From assembly GCF_009914755.1 (NCBI RefSeq), contig NC_060925.1: DNA of 64,000 nt. The stretch is one strand, 5' to 3'. The position numbers and the translations under genes were made by a program. The first letter of the stretch is position 1. Each line of letters opens with the position of its first letter. The DNA is from the human T2T-CHM13v2.0 reference genome, Homo sapiens. The notes beneath the pieces are model-generated. The model was not told the DNA's origin, searched no databases, and saw nothing but the letters and a program-made list of their open reading frames with translations. Positions 14,326-28,661 of the stretch are shown one piece after another.

Positions 14326-14850
14326 TATTATTTCCATAGATGAGAATCTGAGGTACTCAAGAGTTAAGTAACTGGCCCAAGATAACTAGTGTGGTAGTTA
14401 TATTTAAGATTTTTTTTTGGGAATCCAAGTTCTAAAAATCTTTTTTCGAAAGGAACTCTAACTTGTGTTTTTGATTGTGTCATTTGGGAGAATTATTTAA
14501 ATGGGCTTTGTGATTTGTAACTCTGTATGAATGTTTATATTTATCAGTCTTCTAGTGTTACAGATTGTGTAATTGATTCTTCTTTCTTATAATTACTATT
14601 TTGGGGAGAATATTACCTCATCATTTATTACTGAGGGTTGTTGTCTGGGTTTCATTGCTAATTTATTGATTGGTTGTTTGCTATGAGATGTTTTTAATTT
14701 TGTTCTATTGCCAATACCTTTGATGTCCATCTATTTACTTATTCCTGAAAGGCAAATCCTTAAGGTTATATAACACCTAAATTTACTGTCATGACAAAGT
14801 TTTAGTAGGTTTCTATTAAATAAATTGTGCTTTTTTAACTTTGTTTTTAA

Positions 14851-14961
<111 letters not shown>

Positions 14962-15284
14962 TAATTTACATTTTCTTTTTAGTCTTCCACCTTTAATACT
15001 TTAGAGACTTTTTTCTTTCTTGCAAACACTTTCCTTCTTTTTTAAAAGAATCTTTGAAGTTATTCTGCTTTGAAAACAAATATTTTATGATTTTCATGAC
15101 TTTTTTTAGGTTGTAAGTAGTATAGTGATTTTCACAAATTTTACTCGTAAAATTGTAGATCACGTATATCGTCAGTCTTTTATGAATATTGTTTTGTTTT
15201 GGGTATGTATATAGAAAATTATTTTCCTAAGACAACTCATTCAAATATGAATAGTTCTCGGGAATACTTTAATGGGGATTTTTC

Positions 15285-15440
15285 TTTTAATTTTAATTTG
15301 TATTTTAAGTTCCAGGGTCCATGTGCAGGTTTGTTACATAGGTAAACGTGTGCCATGGTTGGTTGCTGCACCTGTCAACCCATCACCTAGGTATTAAGCC
15401 AGCATGCATTAGCTATTTTTCCTAACACTCTTTCTCCCTT
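15285..15440 (-). mobile_element. L1PA 3'-end fragment
   Basis: 'catgtgcaggtttgttacataggtaaacgtgtgccatgg...cacctaggtattaagccagcatgcattagctattttt'. Confidence 0.85.
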
Positions 15441-16189
15441 AATGGGGATTCTTGCTTTGAGGGAAGGGTGGTTTAACACTGTCATTACTAGACTTTTGCC
15501 AGTACTTTTTATCTTGCATTTTTGTGTGATTATTGGTAGCCAGAGGCCACAATGCTTAAAAATAAAAGGAAAATGTGACAAGATACAGAGTGGACAAGTA
15601 AATATATAAAAGAGAAATCACACACACAAAATAAGACATTTTAAAACAGAAAAGTAGGAAGGACATGGTCTCAGAATAAAGAATAGCTTTTTAAATTGAA
15701 TACATTTAGTTGTGTGAAAATTTTGGTTACATGAAAACCTTTGTTGTTTTTCTATGTATGTTAAGGGGCTAATGAAAACTGTCATGAACTGACACCAGTC
15801 CAGGGACAGGTATTTTAGAATTATTCATCTACATGGCTTCCAAGGCACTTTTTCATTCTTATGATTTACATACAAAACAATGATTCTTTGTAAAGATGAT
15901 GTCAAAGTAAAGCATCCAAGTTCTGGTTTGAAGCCTAAAAATGTGTAAAAAAATCTAATTTACAATTTTATTTAAGAAAATAATTATTATCAGTTTAGTA
16001 AAAATTAAATTAGATACCAGGAAATGCATAGTTAGATAATTTTTTTATTTTTATTTTTTGGAAATAGATAATTCTTAGTGCTAAACTTGACTATTGGCTG
16101 CTCTTTGAAAAAAGAAAAAAACAGAAACTTATTAGCTCTCTTTTGTTGAACAATGTACTGTGTGCTGCCAAGTGCTTTACAGGTATTAT

Positions 16190-16860
16190 TGATCTTCAGT
16201 AATAAATTAACCTTAGCTTACTATAACATTTTTACTTTATAAACTTCTTAATTTTTTTGACTCTCTTGTAATAACATTCAGCTTAAAACACAAACACTGT
16301 ACAGCTGTACAAAAATATTTTCTTTATATTGTTAGGGTTTATTTTGTTGTTTTTATTTTTACTTTTTAAATATTTTGGTTAGAAATGAAGACACAAACAT
16401 ATTAGCTTAGGCCTACACTGGGTCAGGATCATCAGTATCACTACCTCTATAGTCCTACTAAAGTTCAGGAGCTGTCATCTCCTATGATAACAATGCTGCC
16501 TTCTGAAAGACCTCCTGAAGGACCTGCCTGAGGCCATTTTATGCTTAACTTTTTTTTGTATGTATCATATGAATTTATTCTAAAATAACAATGAAAAGTA
16601 TAGTATAGTAAATACATAAACCAGTAAAATAGTCATTTATTACCAATTATTATATACTATATACATAATTGTATGTTCTGTAGTTTAGTAAACTGGCAGC
16701 ACAGCAGGTTTGTTTATACCAGCATCACCACTTGAGTGGTGCATCATGCTAGGACTTTACAATGGCTCCAACATCACTAGGTGATAGGAATTTTTCAGTT
16801 CCATTATGATCTTATGGGACAACCTATGTATATGCTGTCCATCATTGAGTGAAATGTTGT
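16190..16860. mobile_element. Tigger3/MER7-like DNA transposon remnant
   Basis: 'aataaattaaccttagcttactataac', 'cagctgtacaaaaatattttc' and TIR-like 'cattatgatcttatgggacaacc...gaaatgttg'. Confidence 0.75.
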
Positions 16861-16893
16861 AAAGAAGCAAGTATTTTAGCATTAGTATATTAG

Positions 16894-17225
<332 letters not shown>

Positions 17226-17294
17226 TTCTGTGAAGTAGATTCTTAATTAGAAGTCTAAACATGGTTGAAATTTGTTGTTTAAAATGTAGATACA

Positions 17295-17589
17295 GGCTGG
17301 GTGTGGTGGCTCACGCCTGTAATCCCAGCACTTTGGGAGGCCGAGTTGGGTGAATCACCTGAGATCAGGAGTTTGAGACCAGCCTGGCCAACATGGTGAA
17401 ACTTCGTCTCTACTAAAAATACAAAAATTAGCCAGGCGTGGTGGCAGGTGCCTGTAATCCCAGCTACTCGGGAGGCTGAGGCAGGAGAATCGCTTGAACC
17501 TGGGACACGGAGGTTGTGGTGAGCCAAGATCGCACGTCACTGCACTCCAGCCTGGGTGACTGTAAGACTTCATCTCAAAAAAAAAAAAC
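17295..17589 (+). mobile_element. AluS (Sx-like) element, full length
   Basis: Complete Alu; TSD AAATGTAGAT(A/G)CA at 17282-17294 and 17590-17602. Confidence 0.95.
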
Positions 17590-17924
17590 AAATGTAGATG
17601 CAACATCATGTTTTGGGCCATGGTCCTTCTTATTTGTTATACATGTAATTCAAAACATTTCACAGATTCTACAGTATATTTAAATTTTTTCCTGACCTAC
17701 AGTTTTTAAAATTGTCTTATATCAAATGGCAACAAGAAAATTTCTCTTCGAATTTTTAATCTGGATTTCATTATTCTTTCCTGATTTGCAGTAACAAGTG
17801 GCATATATTAAATATCGTTAAAGATATTTTGATTTGTAACTTATGGGTTATAAAACCCTGGGGTTTTGAAAATTTTATAAATAATACTGCATTTTTAAAT
17901 GGTTATTTCGTTTTAATTTTATAG

Positions 17925-19366
17925 GTGGCTACAGTCAACGACTTCCAAATGCAAGTGCTCTGGGAAAAATTTTCACTGCTTTACCTCTTGGTAACCCCAT
18001 TTATCAGATGCTAGAATTAAAACTAGCCATGTACATTGATTTCCCCTTAAATATGAATCCTGGAATTCTGGTTACCTGTGCAGATGATATTGAACTTTAT
18101 AGTATTGGAGAATTTGAGTTTATTAGGTTTGACAAACCTGGCTTTACTGCTTTAGCTCATCCTTCTAGTTTGACGATAGGTACCACACATGGAGTATTTG
18201 TCTTAGATCCTTTTGATGATTTAAAACATAGAGACCTTGAATACAGGTCTTGCCATCGTTTCCTTCATAAGCCCAGCATAGAAAAGATGTATCAGTTTAA
18301 TGCTGTGTGTAGACCTGGAAATTTTTGTCAACAGGACTTTGCTGGGGGTGACATTGCCGATCTTAAATTAGACTCTGACTATGTCTACACAGATAGCCTA
18401 TTTTATATGGATCATAAATCAGCAAAAATGTTACTTGCTTTTTATGAAAAAATAGGCACACTGAGCTGTGAAATAGATGCCTATGGTGACTTTCTGCAGG
18501 CTTTGGGACCTGGAGCAACTGTGGAGTACACCAGAAACACATCAAATGTCATTAAAGAAGAGTCAGAGTTGGTAGAAATGAGGCAGAGAATATTTCATCT
18601 TCTTAAAGGAACATCACTAAATGTTGTTGTTCTTAATAACTCCAAATTTTATCACATTGGAACAACCGAAGAATATTTGTTTTACTTTACCTCAGATAAC
18701 AGTTTAAAGTCAGAGCTCGGCTTACAGTCCATAACTTTTAGTATCTTTCCAGATATACCAGAATGCTCTGGCAAAACATCCTGTATCATTCAAAGCATAC
18801 TGGATTCAAGATGTTCTGTGGCACCTGGCTCAGTTGTGGAGTATTCCAGATTGGGGCCTGATGTTTCAGTTGGGGAAAACTGCATTATTAGTGGTTCTTA
18901 CATCCTAACAAAAGCTGCCCTCCCCGCACATTCTTTTGTATGTTCCTTAAGCTTAAAGATGAATAGATGCTTAAAGTATGCAACTATGGCATTTGGAGTG
19001 CAAGACAACTTGAAAAAGAGTGTGAAAACATTGTCAGATATAAAGTTACTTCAATTCTTTGGAGTCTGTTTCCTGTCATGCTTAGATGTTTGGAATCTTA
19101 AAGTTACAGAGGAACTGTTCTCTGGTAACAAGACATGTCTGAGTTTGTGGACTGCACGCATTTTCCCAGTTTGTTCTTCTTTGAGTGACTCAGTTATAAC
19201 ATCCCTAAAGATGTTAAATGCTGTTAAGAACAAGTCAGCATTCAGCCTGAATAGCTATAAGTTGCTGTCCATTGAAGAAATGCTTATCTACAAAGATGTA
19301 GAAGATATGATAACTTACAGGGAACAAATTTTTCTAGAAATCAGTTTAAAAAGCAGTTTGATGTAG
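17925..19366 (+). CDS. FPGT: FPGT coding exon 4 (GGYSQRLPNASALGKIF...LKSSLM*), fucose-1-phosphate guanylyltransferase (GDP-L-fucose salvage)
   Basis: Acceptor ttttatag|GT; contains the 452-aa ORF 18008-19366. Nucleotidyltransferase motif HSGGYSQRLP spans exons 3 and 4. The four exons total 82+168+93+1442=1785 nt (594 aa plus stop). Confidence 0.97.
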
Positions 19367-22240
19367 AGGTATTTTAAATATTGTACACTTTGCCTTTTTG
19401 AGTAACATTCCAGAGATAGGTATTTTTTGTAGGCTGTTTCACTGAACTCAGTTAATGAAAACTGTATTAACATAATTGTTGTAGCATAATATTAATAGTG
19501 CAAAAGTACATATAAGTCATTTTGATGAAAAATATTCCAAGACTAAGTTGAGAAAAGAGATACTATTTTGGATGTGTATCAGTATTTTTGTTTTTAATAA
19601 TGATTGATTTGTGGAGCATTGTTTTTTCACATAATTAGTTTTAAAGGTAATTTTCTAAGCATACCTTTGGAATTTTTCCATCTTTTTTGAGGCTTTTGGT
19701 CCAGTGAAGTTCTAAGTATTCACTGGCACTTCTCTCCTCAACTGTAATTCTATTTTTAATAATAAAAATGGCATACTGTAGGGTCTTCAGAGTAGTGTAG
19801 GAATACTGTAGAAATACTTTTTCAGAAACGAATCCATAGCTGACAAATTCACTCAGTGCCCAATATATTGTGATTATTTTCGTTGATAAAGAACTAGATA
19901 CAAAGACCTCTGAAATTGATGATAAAATTTGTATCTCATTAATTTTATCAAAATGAAACTAAAAGTACATATGTATTATACACTTGAACATGTGTTTGTA
20001 TATCTTTAAAATTTTCCTTTATGTTCCATTCCATAGGAAAACACACATATGCACACAAAACTCAGTTATCTGTGGGGAAAGTGGTAGTAATAATTGAGAT
20101 TCATCAATAATCATATAATTTCACTATAGACATTACTTGCATTATCTCCTATCAGTCCTTCTAACAAAACTTAAATTACCAGATGAACTGACTTTAGTTT
20201 TCATCTTATTTTTTGTCCACATGCTGGTGATGCTGAGAAACAATAATTGGCCCAAATGCAGACATCAAGAAGCAGGCAGGAAAATGGAAAAACTGAGATA
20301 ATACACAGGTGATAAACAGTTTCAAGAAAATAAAAATTGGCTAGAATCTCAAGTTATGTGTTTCTATATTGGTATAAGCATATAAGTGAAAAGTCTTATA
20401 AGTGTAATAGAGAAAAGATTTGTCAGTGTGTTTTTTTAAATGAAATAACTAGTCTGTGCTACTTTATGTCAATATAAAAATTGGTAAACAAGAAGTAACT
20501 TGTCCACAACCCTCAGTTATGATACTTATGTGCGTGTTTTTTTTTCCAAAGTTTTTCCCAAGGAGAAGATACAAATATATGGTAGCTATTGTTTAAAAAT
20601 GATTGATTTACTTGCAGATTTTTCAGAGGATGTTATGTCTTTGTCATTCATTAAATGTTCAAAATTGTAGTTTTACCAAATCTGAAGTGCCATCAGTTAT
20701 AAGAATCACCATTATTTTATGTTCCATTAAGAAAAACACAATAAAACATGACACTGCTTTTTTTGTTACTTGAAATTTTCATATTTATTGGAGAGCTCTT
20801 TTAGATGTTTTTAAATACAGATTTTTATTTAACCCTCTTGCATATACATATAAAATAACAAAAAAATAAAATATTGAGATATCATCAAGAAATTTCTACA
20901 GCTTCACATTCAAACTCTTCAGCACTTTCAGAGCTATTGATATGCATATGTCCACCTAGTACCATCTTCTGTGCTTTCAGAATTATTGGTAAGGCTGCAT
21001 TTCCTGAGTGCTCTACCACACTTATGTCTGGATTTTTTTTACCCAGCTACAGACCCACACTCCTGCAAGATTTGATACCCTTCTATTTGGCAAAACTCAG
21101 TTTCACTTTTCTTTCAGTTTAATCACAGGTCCTTAGAAGATCGGACCTGTGATTCTATTCAAAGTCAGAAAGAGATTTCTCACAAATTGATGTCATATTA
21201 ACATGTCAATATGAAAATTATTGTTTGGTAAACCAGAAGTGACCTGTCTGAAGCCCTCAATTGTGGTATTTGTGTGTTTGTTTTTTCTTTTTCAAGATTC
21301 TTTTTAAAGAAAATATATGGTAGCTGTTGTTTAACATTTATCTACTTACAGAGCGTTCAGAGGATGTTATATGTTTATTAAGTGCTCAATACTGTATTTT
21401 AACCTAATCTGAATTTTAATCATAATCCTGCACAATGCATGGATTCTGGTTGCTTTGAAATGGTTCTGTTCAAAGGACTTATCAATGTCTCTTGCTTTGA
21501 GATGTATTGCTTGGTGTGTAGTAGCACAAACGTACCACCAATAATGTACCTAATTCAACTGAAGTGACAGTCATATACGCAGATATGACCAAGTTCACAT
21601 GTGAGCAAGTAACAACTCCATGACTGTTGCTGCCTGGCTAATAGCTACTATACTATCATTTGTAAGGCACATTCTGTTTTCTGGGGTGTCGAAATGTGGA
21701 TAAAAAAAGATGAATTAGGAATGATTCTAACCTAAGTATGTGTTTTAATAAAAGGATCTAGGCAAAAAAAAAAAAAGTAAGTCACTCCTAAATTTAATCC
21801 CTGAATAATGCAGTGTACATGATGATAGAGGAGAAGTGTGTTTTTGATAAGAAGTGACTAAATTTTGTGACAATCTTAATTTTTTAGGCTTTTCATTTAG
21901 TCTTCCAATAAAGATAATTTTTTTCTGAGTTTTATCAGCAGTAGAAAAATAAGACCTACATGGATAAGTTTGAAATTAAACATTTTGTCTCATTTTATAA
22001 TTTTTATTTTTATGAAATCATGGCGCTTACATCATATACTCAGGTGTGTAAAAGCCTGCTATTTGTAACTATAATCCATAAACTTATTGATGATTTAATA
22101 ACTATCAACAAGGGCATGGGAAAAATTCAACATTTGATAATAATCTTTTACCTTAGGCATTTATTCTCTAAGCAAAGCAGAAATAAAGGATATGTATCAG
22201 TGTATACTGATTGAAATAAAGCTTTAAAAATCCAAGTGAT
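19367..22240 (+). other. FPGT: FPGT 3'UTR with multiple candidate poly(A) signals
   Basis: AATAAA at 19761, 20329, 20740 (followed by a U/GU-rich tract), 21747, 21907 and 22215. The true 3' end cannot be fixed from sequence alone. Confidence 0.5.
20466..21413 (+). repeat. Degenerate direct repeat pair of about 215 bp (20466-20686 and 21203-21413)
   Basis: Colinear shared blocks atgtcaatat, ttggtaaac.agaagt, aaatatatggtagct.ttgtttaa, ttcagaggatgttat and aatctgaa. Confidence 0.85.
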
Positions 22241-24314
22241 ACTCTGAAATTGTCAAAAGTTTAATGGCATGAATCCAGGATTAATTCCCATAACCTGTGA
22301 TGATCTAGTCATCTTCTGTAGCTACATAGTACTCCTAATGTTAAGATTACCAAATTCAGCAATAAAGCCAAAATCAAAACTGCCTTCTGTCACATATAGC
22401 TGTTAAGTAAACTACACAAAAGCAGAGTTGCTGTTTACATACATCATGATGCCGTCTGGACTTGAGCACCTTGGCGGCTCAGGATTAAGGCACCTCAGTC
22501 TAGCCTAGCAGAGTTACAATGGAGAGAAGTGAAAACTCATTAGTAGCTCAAAACAAGCTAAAGGATTTCAGATGCTCTTTTTCTTGTTCATCTAAATCAA
22601 GTCTTCATCTGTGTCAAGAACTAAATTGTTAAAGACCTTTTTAATTTGCTTAGTGCAAGAAAAATAATAGCAACCATATATCTAGTTAACTTGAGTCTTC
22701 TGTGCCTCTAAAATTTTGTTTAGAGAAAGCCTATTTCTATTGAGGTTGAGGAACACAATTCTAATACTTAGTAAAATTATTAACATTCATTGCATTTAAC
22801 TTTGTCGTATTTTCCTTCCTCCAATACTAGTGTGCCAAATTCTGTAACATAGTAGCATTTTTCATGCTCCCATTTATCTGTATATACAGAAACTTCTGCT
22901 TAGGTTTTTTTTTATATATAAAGAAAGTCTAGTCATACCAGTTTGGTTGAAGAATACTAATTCTGTCCCTGGAAGAGCTGTCTACGTGAGCCACAACAAA
23001 CCAAACTTGCCACATCATTCAAACTTGCCAATTTGGCCGTAGTTTAGTAGATGACAACTTTGGGTCAGGTTAATATTTGGGGAAATGGAATAATAAAAGC
23101 TGCTGATTTTCCTACTGTATTGCTACTTGGAGGATTGGAGGTGTAGAGGGAAGATGCCTGTAAATGAGTCACTGTTATCACCTACCTGCACATCAGCTTG
23201 ATTGTTGACACTTATGTCTAAAGATGTTCATCCCGAGAGTATTATTGTGCATGCAAGTAACTGATTGATACTAACGAGTTAACATTTTATTTTGGGCTGC
23301 TTGGACAAAAAGTCTTATCTTTTTGAAGCCTCTGGCTGCAGGGATCTCTTAGCCGTTGCACATATAAATTTCAACCATTCACACAGAGCAATTCATTTCT
23401 GATTGCTGTAGACTAGTGCAATCCATCTGCTAGTGTCATTTCCTAGCTATCTGTGCCAGAATTACACTCCTTCAATTGTGCTTCAGTGCATTTCTGAAAC
23501 AATCTAAACTAAAATGTCTGTATTCTTTGGCCACTGGCTTATGATGTGTTACTGATATGCTTGTTGAATCTCCAGCCTCTTTAACACTTTTTAAAATCTT
23601 TGTTACAACCAACACATCATAGCTAAGTAATCTGCACATGTAAATGATTTTTTTTAATTTCTTTTCTTACCAGTATCCACTGTTTTCTCTCTGTAGCACA
23701 TTCAGATGGTTCAAGTGAGTTTTAATTTACCACTTCCTTGTAGGAGAGTGTCACATCGCCCAGAATAGAATTAAAGCATTTACATCTTGAGGCAAAAAAA
23801 TCTTTTAAAATACAACTATGTAGAAATCAAGTAAGTGTTCATTTCATTTGCAGGTTTAGAAATGTTGCACTGCTTAATGAAGTTTTACGTGAGTGGTTTC
23901 TTACCTATTATTTTTAGCCTTGGGGTTTGAGAAAGTAAATTATGTCCATCAATTTTCTGTACTTTAGAGAAGTTTCAAATATTTCTAGAACTAGAAAACT
24001 TGGGACTACACAAAGAAATAATTATGATTATATCAGGTGGCCCAAGTGCAGATTTTAAATATACAGGCACACTGACAAAGTCATAAATTAAAAATGCACT
24101 AATTATATATCACTGGGATCAATCTTTAATGAATTGAATAAGAAAGATCACTTATGACTGGTTAAAGTTGATAGAGCTTCTAATTAAGCATTATCCAGTC
24201 AAATAAAGAGCTGTGTATGGAAGCCAGCCTATGAGGAAGGAAGGAAAAAGTTTTAGAGTAATTCTTTTTTACTTGTTGCAACAGCTGATTCTTCAATACA
24301 AAAGAAATATTTAC

Positions 24315-25475
<1,161 letters not shown>

Positions 25476-26899
25476 AAAGAAATATTTACCATGAGTTCAG
25501 TGAGAAGAAGCAATTTACAAAATTAGCCATGTTTCTAGTGTCTTTGAGTATGTATCTCTAAGACTACAAACGTGCTGGAATTTTCCATAACATAAAAATA
25601 AACAAAAACAAAAACAATACTTCTCTTAGCCATATTATTTCATCAGGAATAGTCAGCCTAGTTTCATCTACAATGAAACCGAAGTTTTACTAGCCATCAT
25701 ACCCAACACTGAATTCTAGATTTAGATATGTACCTCCCTGCTTCGTATCCCTCCCTTACTGGAAAAAAATACATAGGCATCTCTATTTGGAGAGCTCTAA
25801 TCTTCTATCAATTAAGGTAATCTTTTTCATCTAGATAAATGACACAGCCATTCACCAAATTGCTCAAGGAAAAAACCAGGAAATTTTCCATGACTCTTCA
25901 GGTACTTCCCCTCATCCTTTTCATCCTGTTTTCAACAAGTGAAGTCTATGTATGAAAAACACAACCAAAATCCATCAACCTCTCTCAACTTGTTGAGCTA
26001 CCACTGTTTTCTAGACTAATGGAATAGTTTTTTTTTTTTTTTACATCCCACAATGCCTTATTGTGTGCAGTAATAACAATGATATGACTTTTATAATTGC
26101 ACATGAACGCAAAGTTGCAGAAAGCCTGCAAAGGAGAGATTTAGAAGATTGGCATTGGGGTGTATGAGGCATTGAAAGAAAAAGGAATACTGTGGCCATC
26201 TCAACCTTACTTCACTAATTTGGTACTGTTTTTGTATCCCATTTTGCTCCCCTGAAGACTACCTTTTAGGACAAAGATTCATACTACTTTCTAACATTCT
26301 ACACTTTATTTTCTCCATGAAGTTTTGCCTGGTGATAGTCTGCAATCTCTTTACCACCCACATTGTTGTTTTTTACCTTTTTCATATTTGCTATGTGTAA
26401 TCAGATGTCAGCTGGAAATCTGCTTTCCCTTTAGATGTAGGCAACATTAGTTGAACCTCTATTCTAAACCCCAGAGATGTCAAAAACTTCTCTCAAATAT
26501 CTGTGAAATTCCTGAAGATCATATATCTCCATAATTGCTTTGGACTGTAAGCTTCCATTTCTGGTGAGTTAGTTCTGTTTGGGCTTGCATGTGATTTTCT
26601 CACAATTCTATGAGCTGAGCGCCTATTTTTCACTATGTGAGTCTCAAACTTTTCCTCTTTCCTGCAATTAGGGCATCACCATATCCTCTCCAGAAAAAGG
26701 CCTTCTCACACAAATTTTGTGTGTAGCAAATTTCTCTGAATCATTGGAGCTAGGGAGGAAGGTGCTGGAAGGAAAGAGAAGGATACATATCAGAGCACAG
26801 CATTAAGTAATAATTGTTCTTAGAAATCCTTTGGCATCTTCATCTCCAAGACTTTCTTCACTAGCTATTTTTTTTATAATCCAAAATTATGTCTAACTT

Positions 26900-27590
26900 T
26901 TTTTCTCTTCCTCAGACCAACTTCTTCCATCCCCTTACGAGATATGCACACGTTGTTTACATTGTAGACATATAGCATTTATCTCTTCTTTCTCTTGTGT
27001 CATTAGTTTTCTTCCTTCAATGAATTATTCTCATCAGTACACTAATATTCTGTGATTTTTCCAGTTTAAAAAAAAAAACCCTTCACTACACTTCCTTCAG
27101 GTATTACTTTATTTCCTTGTTCCTTTTACACTAAAATTTTTAGAATACATTGTCTGTTTTTCCATTCTTCAGTTCCCGTCTTCCTATTTACTCTTCAACC
27201 CAATTCAGGCTTTTAGCACCCCTCTCCATTACCACTACTCCATTAAACTTGTTCTGAAGATTTCCAGTGCTCTCGACTTTGCTAAATCCAGGGGTCATTC
27301 TTGGTCTCATCTTCTTGCCCTTTAAACAGCATTTATCTCAATTGATTACTTCTTTGACTTGCATTCTTTACCTGGATGCAAGGAACCCCACATTACTGGT
27401 TCTTTTTCTAACTTTCTGGTCACACTTTTTAAGTCTCTTTAACTGATTTCTCCTCATCTTCCTCACCTCATATCACTAGAAGGTCACAGATATTTGTGTT
27501 TGAATTTCTCTATCCACATTCACTCCTTTGGAATACCATCCATTTTCATAGCATCTATGTGTTATCAATTCTCAAATCTGTATTTCTCAT
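26900..27590 (+). mobile_element. L2 remnant
   Basis: 'actcttcaacccaattcaggctttt', 'gctaaatccaggggtcattcttggtctcatcttc' and 'acagcatttatctcaattgattac'. Confidence 0.7.
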
Positions 27591-27853
27591 TATCAAAATG
27601 TAACTCTCAAATTGTTAAAATATGAATCCATAAATTGTGAACATGGGTCAGAATTTAATCAGTGAGGAAGCCAGCAGGATTATGAAGTTGATTTTTATAT
27701 TGTTCCGGATGCTACAAGGAAGAAAATTTATATACAACATTATAAAGAATTTTTTCCAATAACAGAGTACATTTTCTTATGAGATAATAGGCTTAAAAGA
27801 CAATTTAGCAAGAGTTTTCTCAAGAAGTTCTTATTTTAGATAAGAGGTAGGAT

Positions 27854-28208
27854 TGAGGCAGGAAAATAGGGCCTGGAGGCAGGGAACATAAGGCCAATTC
27901 ACACTTAAGCTATGACAGGAAATATCCTTTTCATAGGGTGTATGCAGAGTAAATAACTTTGTAACTTTACTTCTTCCTCTCCATTTACATATGGCATACA
28001 CCAAGTAACCAGTGGAAATCTCTAGAGGGTATTTAAACCCCCACAAATTCTGTAACGGTGTCCTTGAGCCCCTATGCTCAGGCCCACTCCCACACTGTAG
28101 AGTGTACTTTCATTTTGAATAAAGTTCTTCATTCTTTCTTTGCTTTGTGTGTTTTGTCCAGTTCTTTGTTCAAAATGCCAAGAACCTGGTCACTCTCCAC
28201 CAGTAACA
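27854..28208 (+). mobile_element. ERV1 solo LTR (MER61A-like)
   Basis: TGAGGCAGGAAAATAGGG...CACCAGTAACA; 4-bp TSD GGAT at 27850-27853 and 28209-28212; internal TATTTAAA and AATAAA. Confidence 0.85.
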
Positions 28209-28222
28209 GGATTAGATAATGA

Positions 28223-28661
28223 CTGTGGGTTGGATTTCCTGAAAACCAGAATCTGAGATGTACTTTAGAATGCAAAATATTTTTAAGGAGGGCCTGTGGG
28301 ATTAATACTTGTACAAGGAAGGGGAGAGAGCAAAACAGAGTAGAAGAAAGTGAAGCTGAGATGCAATCCCAAAGACAGCCTTAATTGGCTAATCCCAAGA
28401 GGAGCTCTGGATATTAGAATAGCACTTCAGTGTTTCCCAAGTTGAACCTGATTGGCCAGGATTTATACCACACATCAATTATCTTTTCTCAGGTGCCCAA
28501 TTGATAAGGAAGACAATGGACAAGATATCTCTTTAGGAATAAGCCAATCTGTGAAAGGGGGCTGACCAATGAAAGCTGTCTACTGACAGCACTTGCAGTA
28601 GCTGAGGTAACAAGCCCTTCACTGAAGAAGCAATATGGGTGCCATCACAGTGTCCACCACA
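28223..28661 (-). mobile_element. Old ERVL-class LTR (LTR16-like)
   Basis: Reverse complement starts TGTGGTGGACACTGTGATG; the other end reads 'ggttggatttcctgaaaaccagaatctgagatg'. Confidence 0.55.

Noticed and set aside
21500-21730. Possible old DNA-transposon remnant in the distal FPGT UTR
   Set aside because: Only a vague resemblance; I cannot assign a family or ends without a Dfam search.
22380-23600. Unique-looking sequence with forkhead-like motifs (GTAAAC, TGTTTAC) as an enhancer
   Set aside because: Short motifs are expected by chance in AT-rich DNA; needs conservation or chromatin data.
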